From positions 11,160,001 through 11,224,000 of the forward strand of contig JAQFVV010000005.1 of assembly GCA_028023455.1 (NCBI GenBank): 64,000 nucleotides of DNA, given 5' to 3'. The DNA comes from Epiperipatus broadwayi. Its lineage: Eukaryota; Animalia; Onychophora. Of the stretch, positions 27,304-39,799 are shown piece by piece. Both the position numbers and the translations under genes were made by a program. Under the pieces are notes generated by a model, which searched no databases, was not told the origin of the DNA, and was given only the letters and a program-made list of their open reading frames with translations. Numbering within the stretch: position 1 is the stretch's first letter; the number at the start of each line of letters is the position of its first letter.

Positions 27304-29296
27304 ATATATACAGTACTATAAATCATGAAATTTTTGAAAACCATGTATATTAAAATATACAATAATTAGATGTTTTAACAAAACATGTTTTTTTTTTTAA
27401 TTAGGCGCCTGAAAGATATATTATTTAATTTTTAATTATTATATTAAATTTGATGAAAATGTAGCTTTTTAATTAACAACCTTAATATTAGATATTTTTA
27501 TAAATTCAATTATTTTTCAATTATTTCTAATCTTAATCTTTATTAATAACATATTTTTAAGTAATTTAATCTGAGATATTATGCTTAAGGCTTATAATGG
27601 ATACAATTAATGCAATATTAGTTTAAGTGCTTTTCTTATTCTTTATATAATATTAAAATTTATATAACATTAAGTAAAAAAAAAAATTATCTATTCATTT
27701 TTTTCATTTCAAATTGATTTATAATGTTCTTAAAAGAACAAAAGAACAGTGTGGATGAAAAATTATTGCATACTTTTTATATTTATATTCTTTGCATGTT
27801 CTTTATTTTGATATATAACACATTCTTTGCAACATTTCCAGAAGTTTAATGATTGTTTTCCTATCATCAAATATATAGCACAGAATAGCAGCCTTAAAAT
27901 AGGTACAACTTTTGCAGGTCTGAAAAATTGTCCGATTTATTAAAAAATAATAAAAAGTATTTGTTCATTAAAGATTAGCATTACTAATTGTTTATTTTAT
28001 TAATATCAATAATGGAAAAGTAAATTTTGGTGTTCATTTTGTGATAATTTGTTACACAGGCAATGAACTAATACAAACTAAAAATGAACATTTCATAATA
28101 ATTATGAAATAAAATTATTACTTTTGAAAAGTGATTTTTCATTGTATTCAAAAAAAAATTAAATAGTAGGATACGTATGGATTGCTATACTCAATAACTT
28201 TAGATAATGCATCCAATTCAAGTCTTTCCAGTGCATAAATAATAATAAAAATTCAAATAATGATACCTAGATTTAGTTTTCTGATTAAAATCTCAAGATA
28301 CCTCCAACAAATAGTTTCTTAGTCAAAAAACTAGATGCCACAGATTTTATAAAAAAGACAAAGAAACTATTGAGGACTTCCTAATCTAGTATTGCACATC
28401 AATTTATAGGAACCTTGATCACAACAGCACATTATAACACCTCATCTCCTCCTTCTAAACATATAGCATTATGAGATTTTTTTTTTTTTTGACGTTAGAA
28501 TAACAATTTTCCTATTCTTCATTCAGTGACATTTAAGATGACACATACTTCTTCGTAACATCTTTGCTATTACCTGGAATCTGTTTCTTTATAGGCAATG
28601 TTGCCAAATTGGAAGAAAAGTATCAGATTGGATGACATTTGAACTACTCTAGCTATTTAATTTCCATTTTGAACTAATAAAATGTTTTTAAGCTATAAAT
28701 TTACCACTTTCCTCATATAATGTTGTATAGAAAAATACATCAGATTAAGAATGTAATGCAGGTAATATGAGTTTTACCAAGTACTAAATATGCCTGTTTC
28801 AGGCAACAATTATAGAGAACTGTGTACATGTGTAATATTGACAGGATTTAAGGAGTTAGTAAATCTCTCAGTTAAATATATGTCTAAATAAGCAAAGTAT
28901 GTTATACAAGAGTATATAAAAAACTGGAATTGTGAACCATGAACTTAAGCTCAGAGACTATCATCTCTATTGCTGCATTAAACCACACAACAAAAATAAT
29001 TGAATGATTTATTACTCAGATCATCATAAAAAGTTTGAGCATTAGAAGTGATAGAACTGATCTGATTCATGCCCTAAATTGCATTGGGTAATAAACTATG
29101 CAAGATTAAATTAAAAAATATTTTTGGAATTAAAACTTTATTTTAAAAAAAAACCTTTTAATAATCATAATAGTATAATTAAAAATGAAAAGAATAAATA
29201 TACTCCAGATAACCTAATTTAAAAAAAGAGGCCAAATCTAGATATAGGTATCACACACAAGGAAAGAAAAAATACAATCTGCAAATGAGAACTCAC

Positions 29297-29317
29297 CTGT
29301 AGTAATCCAGCTGCCAT
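29297..29317 (-). CDS. Candidate first coding micro-exon (MAAGLLQ) of an unidentified host gene
   Basis: Minus strand: gaaaat ATG GCA GCT GGA TTA CTA CAG|GTGAGT; A-rich Kozak-like context, consensus donor, phase 0; CpGs retained just upstream. Confidence 0.45.
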
Positions 29318-29632
29318 ATTTTCGCTCGATAAGTTTTGACAAACTCCATGCTGAATTACAATTCAGTCATATATATAGTACAAAAAAGTTATGAATTGAG
29401 AAACCCAACTCCTAAACAACTGATAATTTTGTCACTTTTATCATTAGAATAAATACGAATAAAATTTAAATATATGAATGCAGTCAACACTTAAACAATA
29501 ACAATCTCAATCCAAACAATACCAATATCACTAACAATCTCAATCTGTTTTCAAGATAAACTCTTTTACAATAAAAGTAAAAATCCATCTTTTATCTACG
29601 GTCTAATAAGTTTCTAAAGACACTAAAGATTG

Positions 29633-30611
29633 GGTAAAGGTTTACTATAACGGTCTATGGGTGTTTGCCCTCTATTGTTTAAAATTTAAACTAAGTTGTT
29701 TGACTAAACTAAGTTGTTTGACAATCTTACGTGTATGTTATTATATTACAAATAAATTAAAATTTATTCAAATGTAAAAGATAATAAAAAAAACATTTAC
29801 CTTTTTAAACATAATTATGTCCTATACACACTAAGAAGTTGAAGAAAAAAGCAGTATTGCTGTATCTTATCCGGAGGGCAAATTCATGCAGGTACGATGA
29901 AAACAAAGCTCTGCTAGTGCCAGATTGGAACTTCAGCTTACGCTTTGCTCTCATCCACATTTTCAATATTCTGGGTGTGTATGTCTGGGTCTCCAGGATG
30001 CACGAAGTTGTCCTGATGGACGACAACCGAATGCATATACACACCATTGTTGAGACTGCTGATGTTATTGTACGCAGCCCAGCCATCGGAAATAATGTGC
30101 GTAACTGGTAAAATGAACCGCTGTATCAACCCCTCCAGTGTATCAGCCATCCTGTCTGCAACTTCTGTCAAGAAGCACTTTCTTGATGCTCTCTCTATAC
30201 CGCCAGAATAGCAGCAACACTCAAAATTTCACCATCAGGTACTAAGCATGTAGCAGACATTTTTTCCAACTATAAAACTGTACATATGTGCATGTAATTC
30301 GCGCCGTTGAACACATAGGATGTCTTTTTTTTTTTTTTGCAACATGTGCTATAAATGTAGTTATTTTAAATTCTTAAGTTGTAGACAGTTTAAATTCTTA
30401 ACTTTCAAACAAATTAAAAGTAATTCTTTTAATTAATGTGGTGTAATTAATCCAACATTCAAAAGGTTTTTTATTTATTATCTTTTACATTTGATTAAAT
30501 TTTAATTTATTTGTAATATAATAACATACATGTAAGATCCGCAAACAATTTAGTTTAAATTTTAAACATTAGAGGGCAAACACCCATAGACCGTTATAGT
30601 AAACCTTTACC
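29633..30611 (-). mobile_element. Merlin (IS1016/ISXO2-like) DNA transposon, internally deleted
   Basis: ~150-bp TIRs starting GGTAAAGGTTTACTATAACGG; 8-bp TSD AAAGATTG (29625-29632 and 30612-30619); transposase remnant GGIERASRKCFLTEV...IISDGWAAY...HTQNIENMWMRAKRKL...YLHEF. Confidence 0.92.
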
Positions 30612-31199
30612 AAAGATTGTAACTAGTGAAATTACTAATTATAATATAATATACCATATACACCTTAAATGACACTTTACAATGCGGTTTAACATATGAT
30701 TTATTTTATTTCCTTACAGTTTAAATAAATCTCCTTAAACAGGTAAATATAACCTGCTCTAAGCAGCTAGCAAATAGACAATTATAATTTTCAAACTGCA
30801 CTCCAACTATTTATTACTTAGATAATAAAGCAAATAATATCCATGGCTAGATAAGCTTATTATAAATGTAAATACATGAACGCAGTCAATATTTAAACAA
30901 TACCAATACAATTTATAAACATATTTTTTTAATGAAATTGAAAATGTGTAAATTCCTGGCTTAGGTTACTTTCTTGCAAAATTTGTATACATAGATTTTT
31001 TAATGAATTTTCATGCAAAATTTGCTTTTTCTAAAATTTTATGTGATTTTTATGGTTTATGATTTGGTAATGCTACTAATAGGGGCCAATTAAATTTTTG
31101 AATCTTCTAAAATTACTATAAACTTGTAATATTAAATAATTTTCCATCATGTTGATATTTCCAAAAATAATTTTTCGTAACTTATTTTTATTTAAATAT

Positions 31200-32400
31200 C
31201 ACACACATATATAATAAAATTTCATTTAAATTTTCTTATTTACGCAATTCTTTGAAAACCATTTATTTAGTAAACGTTACGTTAAAAGCAAAACAAATAC
31301 AGTACTTTAATGTTTATCTCTAAAATTCTCAACATTTGAATACATTTTTAAAAACTAATATTTGACACATATTGGATAAACAATAGAACGAAAATTAAAA
31401 CTATATAATGCAATAAATATAGAAAATGAATGTAAATCTTATAGTATACTTACGTGAAAACTACAACTCTATATAAAGATCTCTTTTTAAAAATTAAGGA
31501 AATTGCGCGTAAGCATATGCGTAATAAAACATCTAGTTTCCGGTATACTCTTGGCGCAAGTGAATACAAAAATATAATTATTTATTAGAAATATTGATTA
31601 CTGTACTCAAAAAAATCTTTGGGAAAATGTCTATGTGTAATTATTATTATTTACATTCTTGCGAGAAGTTAGTTTTTCATATGAATTACGTTTATTTTAT
31701 GTGGATGAGTAGGCACTAGTGGATTTTATGCACAAGCCTCCTGGCATCCATTGATTATTCTAGCTTGCTGTATGTGGCAATATATATAGTGAGTTTTGCC
31801 CGTTTTAAATGAAAGAATAAAAAGCAAAACAATTTTGCAACATGCATTCAATATTTAAATAGTAATTGCTTTGTTCAAAGTTTATAATGCATTTAATAAC
31901 TAATAGCAATTAAAAATATAAAAATTAAAAGGATGAAATAACAATATTCTTAACTTTTAAAATAAATATGATATGATTTAGTTCCAGATAAAAATGAGCA
32001 ATATAGAGATCAACAGAAAATTAGAAGTGGTTTACGACGATTTTGCAAATAAAATCAATGAAAATATTTTCATATATATGCTGGTCTTTTAGTCAGTTTG
32101 GCATCCGAACTTAAATTCTGTAGCATTTTTATTTTCTTAAGAATTTCAGCATTATTAATTAAAAGGTTACCAGTGAAACTAATCAAGTTTGCATTTCTTT
32201 AATGTTTTATAATATTGGTAGGATTTGTCTCTTCCACGAAAACGTATTCGAGTTCGAACTATGAAATATTTTTTTCAGATTATTATTCATGATTCATTTC
32301 TCCTGAGTAATCCAATGAAAAAGTGTCTTAAAAACTATCAAAACTTTGCATGATCGCCATTTCATACGCTTATACATGTTAATAAGATTATGCGATTCAA
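31200..32400. promoter_or_regulatory. CpG-retaining, promoter-like region
   Basis: Visible CpG clustering (ttgcgcgtaagcatatgcgt, tttccgg, ggcgcaag, cacgaaaacgtattcgagttcgaa) against a CpG-poor background; judged by eye. Confidence 0.35.
31702..31805 (+). mobile_element. Fragment of the hammerhead-repeat family without the ribozyme
   Basis: tggatgagtaggcactag..ggattttatgcacaagcctcctggcatccattgatta matches the family just downstream of the predicted cleavage site. Confidence 0.7.
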
Positions 32401-32870
32401 TACGCTATGGCTTGTCCTTTCTCGGAGTCAAGAACCTCTTAGCCACTATGCCCAAGGAGAATTATTAGCCACCTCCCCTTTCCATTCTCTATCCTGCTTC
32501 ATCTCATTTCCACAACATTACTGTCGTCTATTCTATGGCCATTATATCTAAATCCCCTTATTTTTTTCCAAACTGAGCATAAAAAACAAGAACCCACTTT
32601 CTTTATAATCACTTTATATTTATTCTTCCATAACTTCATTATTTGCACCCTTTCTTCTTGTAAGCATTTACATTCAATTAACAGATGCCTAATATTTTCT
32701 ATGCCTTCCTTACAAAACTTGCAGAATAACTCACCCACATTTCTTCATTTACGTGTATAGTCAATCTCTTGATCGGATAATGCAATTACTTTAGAATTGT
32801 CTATTTTAAGCAATGTTTCCATTATTATTAAATCTGATCAGGAACTAAATATTAAGGGTTACAATGGCTT
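32395..32870 (-). mobile_element. 3' fragment of a non-LTR retrotransposon (family of 965-2195)
   Basis: ORF 32499-32738 CKFCKEGIENIRHLLIECK is homologous to ORF 1270-1503; shared 3' UTR. Confidence 0.75.
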
Positions 32871-34323
32871 TGCTTGCTTTATCTTGATCCTTTGCTCGAA
32901 TTCATCTAAATTTCTTGATAAGTTAGTTTATAGATTTTCCATTAATTCAACTATTTAATTAGACTAATTGCTTTTATAAAATATTATGAATGCCATTGGC
33001 ATCCACGCACATACATTTAGTTTACCATTGTAATATCATTTATAATACTTATTTTGTGTATATATAAATATACACACACATTTAGCAATTCGTTTAGTTT
33101 TACAATTATAATATTATTTAACTAATAATACTTATTTTTTGTATACATAAATATACACACACATTTAACATACTTGAAGGCAAATATGAGTATTACCATC
33201 ATCACTGATTACAATTCATCATCTTGAGATTATTCTAACATCTCAATTTTAGAGTTGCATCATAAATTTTTCTTCGTGTCTTTAAACTAATGCTTTTAAT
33301 TTCATTATTCAATCAACATCACCACTTGTACATTAGTTTGGACATGATATTAAAATATAAGTAATTATTTTTTACTTTGTTGTTGCATTGAAAGATTCTA
33401 CAAATAAAGTTAGTAAGATATTAGAGATTTAAATAGTTATAAACCAGTAGCAAAAATGTCAATTATGAACAAATTTTTCCTATATGTTCTTGTAAATAAA
33501 GTTAAGGTCGATCAGTAAATCATAAAATTTTAGGAGAAATACAGATTGGATTTAAGGATTATAGGAAAATCAAAGCTAAAGTGTGGGTGAATTATGAAGA
33601 TTATTTATAGGTTTCTAGGAAAACATGTTAAACTTTTTTAGATAATGAAAAATTATATAACAATGACCAGAAAACAATTGTGGCTTAAGTTAAGAAAGTA
33701 GCATTGAAAAGAAATATTACAATTATTGGGAAAATTATATAAAAATGATTATGTATATCATCTGAGAGATTATGATACAAATATTATGATAAAGGAGATA
33801 TAGTAGTGCTATAAACTTAATGTATCTAGCTACACAACTTCTGTTATTTGCTATCCAAAGAATAATATAAACAACCAAAAAAACTCATTGGAATTCACAA
33901 ATTTTATTTATTCAAGCATCCATTTTTATTTTTCTGGGTGTGATATGCTATCACATTTTAAATAAAAACATAAAATTTGCAGATAAATTTTACCCTTTTT
34001 TTCCAAATGATTGCTCTTTCATCTCAAAGTACTATTAATAAAATTTCTCCAGCTTACACTGAAAGCATGTACAATTTATTCCTTTATTATCTTTTTCAAA
34101 TGTGATGTGCAGTATTTTGTGTAATAAAATACTTTTTGAATGTAATCCTAGGGAAGTCTTACAAAATTTGTAGTATTTGGTCTGAATTGCAGGTTTCAGA
34201 TTCAAACCAATATTAATATCAACTAAAAATGTGAACACTTGAAGTTAATATGCATAATTTATTAGAACAAATATATTATGTACATATTATAAAATCAATA
34301 AATACAAATTTTACATAGATAAA

Positions 34324-35819
34324 TGTAGTTAATACTGTGCTGATCATGCCAGATTCATACCCAGCTGTATATATTAACTTGCCTCACGAGTTCTAGTCAA
34401 GACTCTTCTGGTTGTATTGGATAGCTGGCCTCCGGCTGTACTGGACAGATTGTCTTGAGTCGGCCATAGTCTTAGCAACTTCCAGTCCTATTGTGGACTT
34501 GCCTCACTGTGTAAACATATCCGTAATGACTACAGTAGGAACCCCTTTGTTATTGAAAGTGTTTTCAATTGAAAGCATACTCAGTCATTCAGGTTAGACA
34601 GATATTATCTCTATTCTTCTGCTTGCCTCCAAAAATACACACTATTTATTGCCAGATCCCCTACCTTACTGGCAGCAATCGGATTTAGTGGGCATCATTG
34701 CCTATTGGCTGTAGTAACCAATAGTAGGTATAGCCACATGTTTACATATTGGCTATACTTATGTTTTACCCTTTGGCCATGTTTATATATTGGTTATGCT
34801 CAATCTGATCAGATAAGGAAAGATTCTGGAGTAGTCCATTTCCAAAGGCAAGGTCATATAGGATAGTGCTAAAAGTTGATACTCATTTAAAAACATGAAA
34901 TAGATTAGCGAGATCCTAATTTATTGACAATAAGACCACATTTTAAAAAATTTTGTTTATAACATATTCAACATTGTTGAAAGTCAAATATTTCACTATT
35001 TATTTTATTTTAAAAATAAAAATAGGGTGATTTTTTTCTTATTGCTTCAATGAATACATGTACGGATACAGTAAAATATATATAAATATATTCCTTTTTT
35101 ATTATTAATAAGTATGTTACTATTATTTTTTAAAATTTTGTTTATACTATAATCTTAATTTATGTATGCATACTATTCATCTAAAAATATGAGTTATATA
35201 TATATGCATTGTTGAATTCTGCAGTATTCAAGGTCAAGGTATAAACACATAATGTATAATGAATATGTAAATAATAATAATTGTATAAATATAACGAATA
35301 TGTAAAACAATAATAATAATTGTATAAATGTAGAATAAAAGTAATAACTGCAATGTATAATAACGATTGTGTAAAATTGCAATGTTATTAAATCATAGAA
35401 AGTTGTATAAGAATAGAAAGCCCAACTGACCTTATAGGGTCAGAAACTATGTAAAATACCATATATGGTGAGAAACATAAAAATACTGTGTATGTGAAAA
35501 CGTAAGTGAAAACACCATATATGGTTAGGAATGTAAAAGACTCCAGAAGTCTTGAGAGGTATATAAACCCCCATAACCTGATCTAATTGTTCTGAGTATG
35601 TTCTGAGTTTTAATTATAGTCAGAGATTCCTGCCTCTGTAAGTCCAAAGCAGGACTAGGGTATTTATATGCAGGTCACCACGACCTTTTATTATTTTATT
35701 TCGCCTTATAATAGGCTATGTATATAGTTAAAATTATCCGTATTAAACTATAATCTTACCATCTCATTTCTGCCTTTGTCCATTTATTTACTTGCTGGTC
35801 ATAAGACATAGCAAATTCA
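34324..35819. repeat. Possible solo LTR
   Basis: TGT...TTCA ends flanked by ATAAA (34319-34323 and 35820-35824); internal GC-richer hairpins, short direct repeats and a TATA-like gtatataaa; the TSD is low-complexity. Confidence 0.35.
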
Positions 35820-36818
35820 ATAAACAATATGTATTCTATTCAATATTTATCAACAAACATAAACTATTATATACTATATATGTTTTTGCATGATGGGGAC
35901 TTGGAATAAAATATAGCACAGTTTGGACTCCACTATAGTTCTCATGCATTATTATTTTTACCACATATACATTTCTACTATTTTTAAGAGGATTGGAAAA
36001 TAAATTAAGACTAAATATTAGATATAAAATATCTAAAACTAGATATCATAAAAAATATAACTAAACCTAGATATAACAAAAAATATTTTACAGATGATTC
36101 AATTCTTTTGTTCACGAGTAAGGAGATAAATGTTTTACTTAAAGTATGTATTAGAAAAATATATATATTAAATTTAGTAAATAAAAAAATGTTGATAATT
36201 AGAAAATGAGAAAGATTGGACAATATTGCATAGAAATGGAGCAATATGATTATTTAGGGATTAAAATTAATGATAAAATGTACAATATGTTTGGAAAATA
36301 TATTGACAATAAAAGAAAAAAGGTTTAAAAATTTGCTTCTATCAAATTGCAATAGATATGACAGAATTCTAGAAAGAAGTGTCTTATGAAATGATGTATT
36401 TTATATCAAAGTTACTGATGGTTCTGAATAACATTAAAAAAAAAAGATGGCTGGCAAAGTTATTCTCATGGAATAGACTGCTCATCATTTCATATGATAA
36501 ATGCATATAATACTATTTATGCAACCTTCTTTAAATCACTTTTTGCAATGCAGTCAAATAAAATTTAATTCTTGATATAAGTGGCATTATATAGATATAT
36601 ACAAATCAATTCATAGAGAAATAAGAAGTGAAAAGAAATTATAATGCTTTTATTTGAGAAATGCAAATGAAGATATCATTTATTAATAGAAATGGAATTG
36701 CTAAAATAAGACTCTTTACAATTTGTAAAAAAAAAAGTTGGTTGAGGAAAATATTTTAATGTAACTGTACAAAAATTGCGAGGAACATTTTAATATAAAA
36801 TTAGATATACAATATTTA

Positions 36819-37054
36819 TTAAACAATCCAAAACAAAGCAAAACTCTCCATATAGTAGTGCCATCTTGTGCTAACAAGAGCAATCAATGGATGCCAGAAG
36901 GCTTGTGCATAAAATCCCTATCTAGTGCCTACTCATCCAATATCCCCAGACTAGTTTCTGGCTTGTGGCCTTTATCAGTGAGGAGCCTTGGATCTGAGAG
37001 CACTGCACCTAGATCTTAGGATGAGATAGTGATCATGTGATGTTTAGTGGTTTA
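36819..37054 (-). mobile_element. Hammerhead-bearing repeat, copy 3 (236 bp, with inverted terminal block)
   Basis: Exact 14-bp TSD atatacaatattta (36805-36818 and 37055-37068); body aligns with 15352-15540. Confidence 0.85.
36943..36985 (-). ncRNA. Minimal type I hammerhead ribozyme-like motif (G8A variant)
   Basis: Minus strand: ctcctca CTGATAA aggc cacaa gcca GAAA ctag TC tggggat. Confidence 0.7.
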
Positions 37055-37475
37055 ATATACAATATTTATGAATTTGAATAGAGAATTTAGTGAAAAAAAG
37101 AGTGAATTGTCAGGAAAACACAAATTATGTGATAATAAAATATAATAGCAAAACTTACACATGTTTAAAATATTTACTATTTAAGATTAGACGAGAAAGC
37201 TTTAAAAAAAAAAAAAAGCAACAAACGAAGCAGTAGTGTAAAGGTTTCAATTTGATAGATGATTTGTTAGGCTGTGTTTTAGGAAATGTTGCAGTTTAGT
37301 AGATAAAGAAAAAAATGAGAAAATTATGAGAAAAAATATGAATTTTCTTTTTATAGTGAATGGGAAATTTAGGAATAAAATAGTAGCGAAAAGAAGAAGA
37401 TTTTAAACAATAAGATAGAAGAAATAAAAAGTAATAATATGGCGTGGATTTTGTCATTATTGCTATACAGTAAAC

Positions 37476-37792
37476 CAGGGGTCCCAACCATATACCCGCG
37501 GGCACCATGGTGCTCGCAGACCATTTTATGTGTGCCTGCCGCTATCCGAACACAATAAAAAAATATTTATCTGATACCAATAAATTTAATTTTTTAAAAT
37601 TTCTTACAAATTATTGTATTATATTGTAATCAAATGTTAAAATTTTATTTTTGAAATAAATATTTTTTTGTACATTATGTGTATTATTAACAATATCCAA
37701 CTATAAATTTATATTGAAAAAATAAATGGTGCCCGCCACCTGGCCAGTATTATAGAAATTGCTCTTAAGTGCAAAAAGGTTGGAGATCGCTG
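37476..37792. mobile_element. hAT (Buster/Charlie-type) MITE
   Basis: CAGGGGTCCCAACC...GGTTGGAGATCGCTG termini; 8-bp TSD CAGTAAAC with central TA; second copy at 62680-62983. Confidence 0.92.
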
Positions 37793-37799
37793 CAGTAAA

Positions 37800-39100
37800 C
37801 TGTATAAATTTATAATAACTAACGCTTATTTGGAATGTCTTCGAGTACATCATAGCCACAATACATCGCATCACACAACGTAATTAACCGCAAACACGAC
37901 TGATTTCCGTTATTAAAAATATTTATGATAATTACGTTATTTTTTTTGTTATTCATAATGAGAATCTAATTAAATAAAAAAACAGGTGAGATATTATTTT
38001 CCAGATTTTTTAAAGTCTTTTACATATTTGTTCATTATATATTTTACATTAACATTATATATGATAGATCAGAAAAAGGTAAATGTAAGTATTTTTTTTA
38101 ATCTTTTTTTATTAGCATTTACACTTGGATATAGTTACATAGTGAAAAAATAGTTCATTTTTTTAAAAATAGAGGGAGAATTGTTCGGGGCGCTAAACGT
38201 CAGGATTACCCAGAAAAAATACTTGACGTATTTTGTCAACCGAAGCTATTATAATGATACTTCTTACATTTACGCATATAAAAATATATGTAAATTAGAT
38301 GAATGTAGTATAGTAAGTGCTCTTGAAGAGAGATTAAGGACAAGCATTCGATTTATTAAATATCATTTAAGAAATTCTGCATATTTATAAAATTAACATT
38401 GAGACATTACTTTCTTGCAGATATTAATATAACTGCGATCTGTTCTCACATCATATATTACTACTTCCCAGTATAGGAATTATTAATAAATCATTGAACC
38501 CTACCTCGGTATGAAAGATTGTTATAGAGGAATGAAGAATAAAGTCAATATAGACTTTTATAAGATGAAAGATATAATTAATAGTTATAAAATATTGTTT
38601 GTAAAATTTTCTTTTTGGTAAACCTGTAGTCAGTAGATGTGGGAATTTTTAAATTAATAATTTAATTGGCTAGGAAATATGAGCGAAGGCAATTGTTAAA
38701 TAACACCCATTAAAATCATTTAGAACATTGATTCTCAATCAACAGGTTTTAGCATTTAAAATTACTCGAAGTGTTATGACGAGTTAAAAAGTTTTTATTT
38801 ACTTTTAATTTGAGAATCGAAAATCGTAATTTTACTTAAGAATAATGATTCGTTAAAACATTCATTTGGTGTCTTGTGTGATTTGGTAATTTAGCAGTGG
38901 CAAACGCTAAAGCTCAAGATCCGTTGACCAAAGTATAAGTCTCTTATTGTACTTGCTTCTTATAAACTCCTAAAAAATAGACCATTTGATTCTATATATT
39001 CATTTTTACAATTATCTCTTACTGCCTTTTGTTTATTGTCATTTTTCTGCTTTTTATTATATCAGGAAAAAAAAATTTTTCACACGTTTTATTTTCTTAA
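37800..39100. promoter_or_regulatory. CpG-retaining, promoter-like region
   Basis: Many CpGs (atcgcatcacacaacg, accgcaaacacg, gttcggggcgctaaacg, gagcgaagg) against a depleted background; judged by eye. Confidence 0.35.
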
Positions 39101-39799
39101 TTGCGAATTTATTTTGTTTTGTTTTTGAATTTACCATATTTATTATGTCATAAAGATACAGCCTAATGAAAAGTATTTAGTTTTCTCTAAGTCTATAGGA
39201 GCATTTAATGTGTCAAATATTGATACAATATGTAATATATAATAATTTTATAATTTTGGGGGAAATTGGCAGAGATATGTAGGAATATTGTAAATAGAGT
39301 GATACTTTGAAAAAAAAAAAAAGGCACTCTGTATAATTGTTGGATTTGGCCATAAAATTATTACTGTTGAAAAATAGATGTACATGATATTTAAAAGTAA
39401 TGCCTTTGTAGAAAAAGTCCATTAAATGAAACTTCATTATTGTGAAATGATCCTGTATTTCATTGCATAGCAATAATAAAGCTAGAAATTTAGCAAAGAG
39501 AGTGAGGTTAAATATAAAAAAAATTGAATGTTTTTTGAATAAAATATAATGCAAAAACATAAATATGATTTATTCTATTCAACTTACATTGTGAGATGCA
39601 TCGGAACTATAATGTTGTCATTCATATTTTTATCATTATTGTATTGTATGAGGCAGTGTCAGCATGTGTTTTTTCAGTCTATTTCAAATGAGTATGAAGT
39701 TAAAAAAATACCTTACTTATTATTTGTCTTTCTTCTACTTTATAGTTACATATAACTGGTTGAGATTATCCTTTACACTTTAAAATAAACTAATTTCAA

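Noticed and set aside
35420-35450. ctgaccttatagggtcagaaac as a hammerhead
   Set aside because: It is a simple hairpin followed by GAAAC, with no separate CUGANGA box or stem I.
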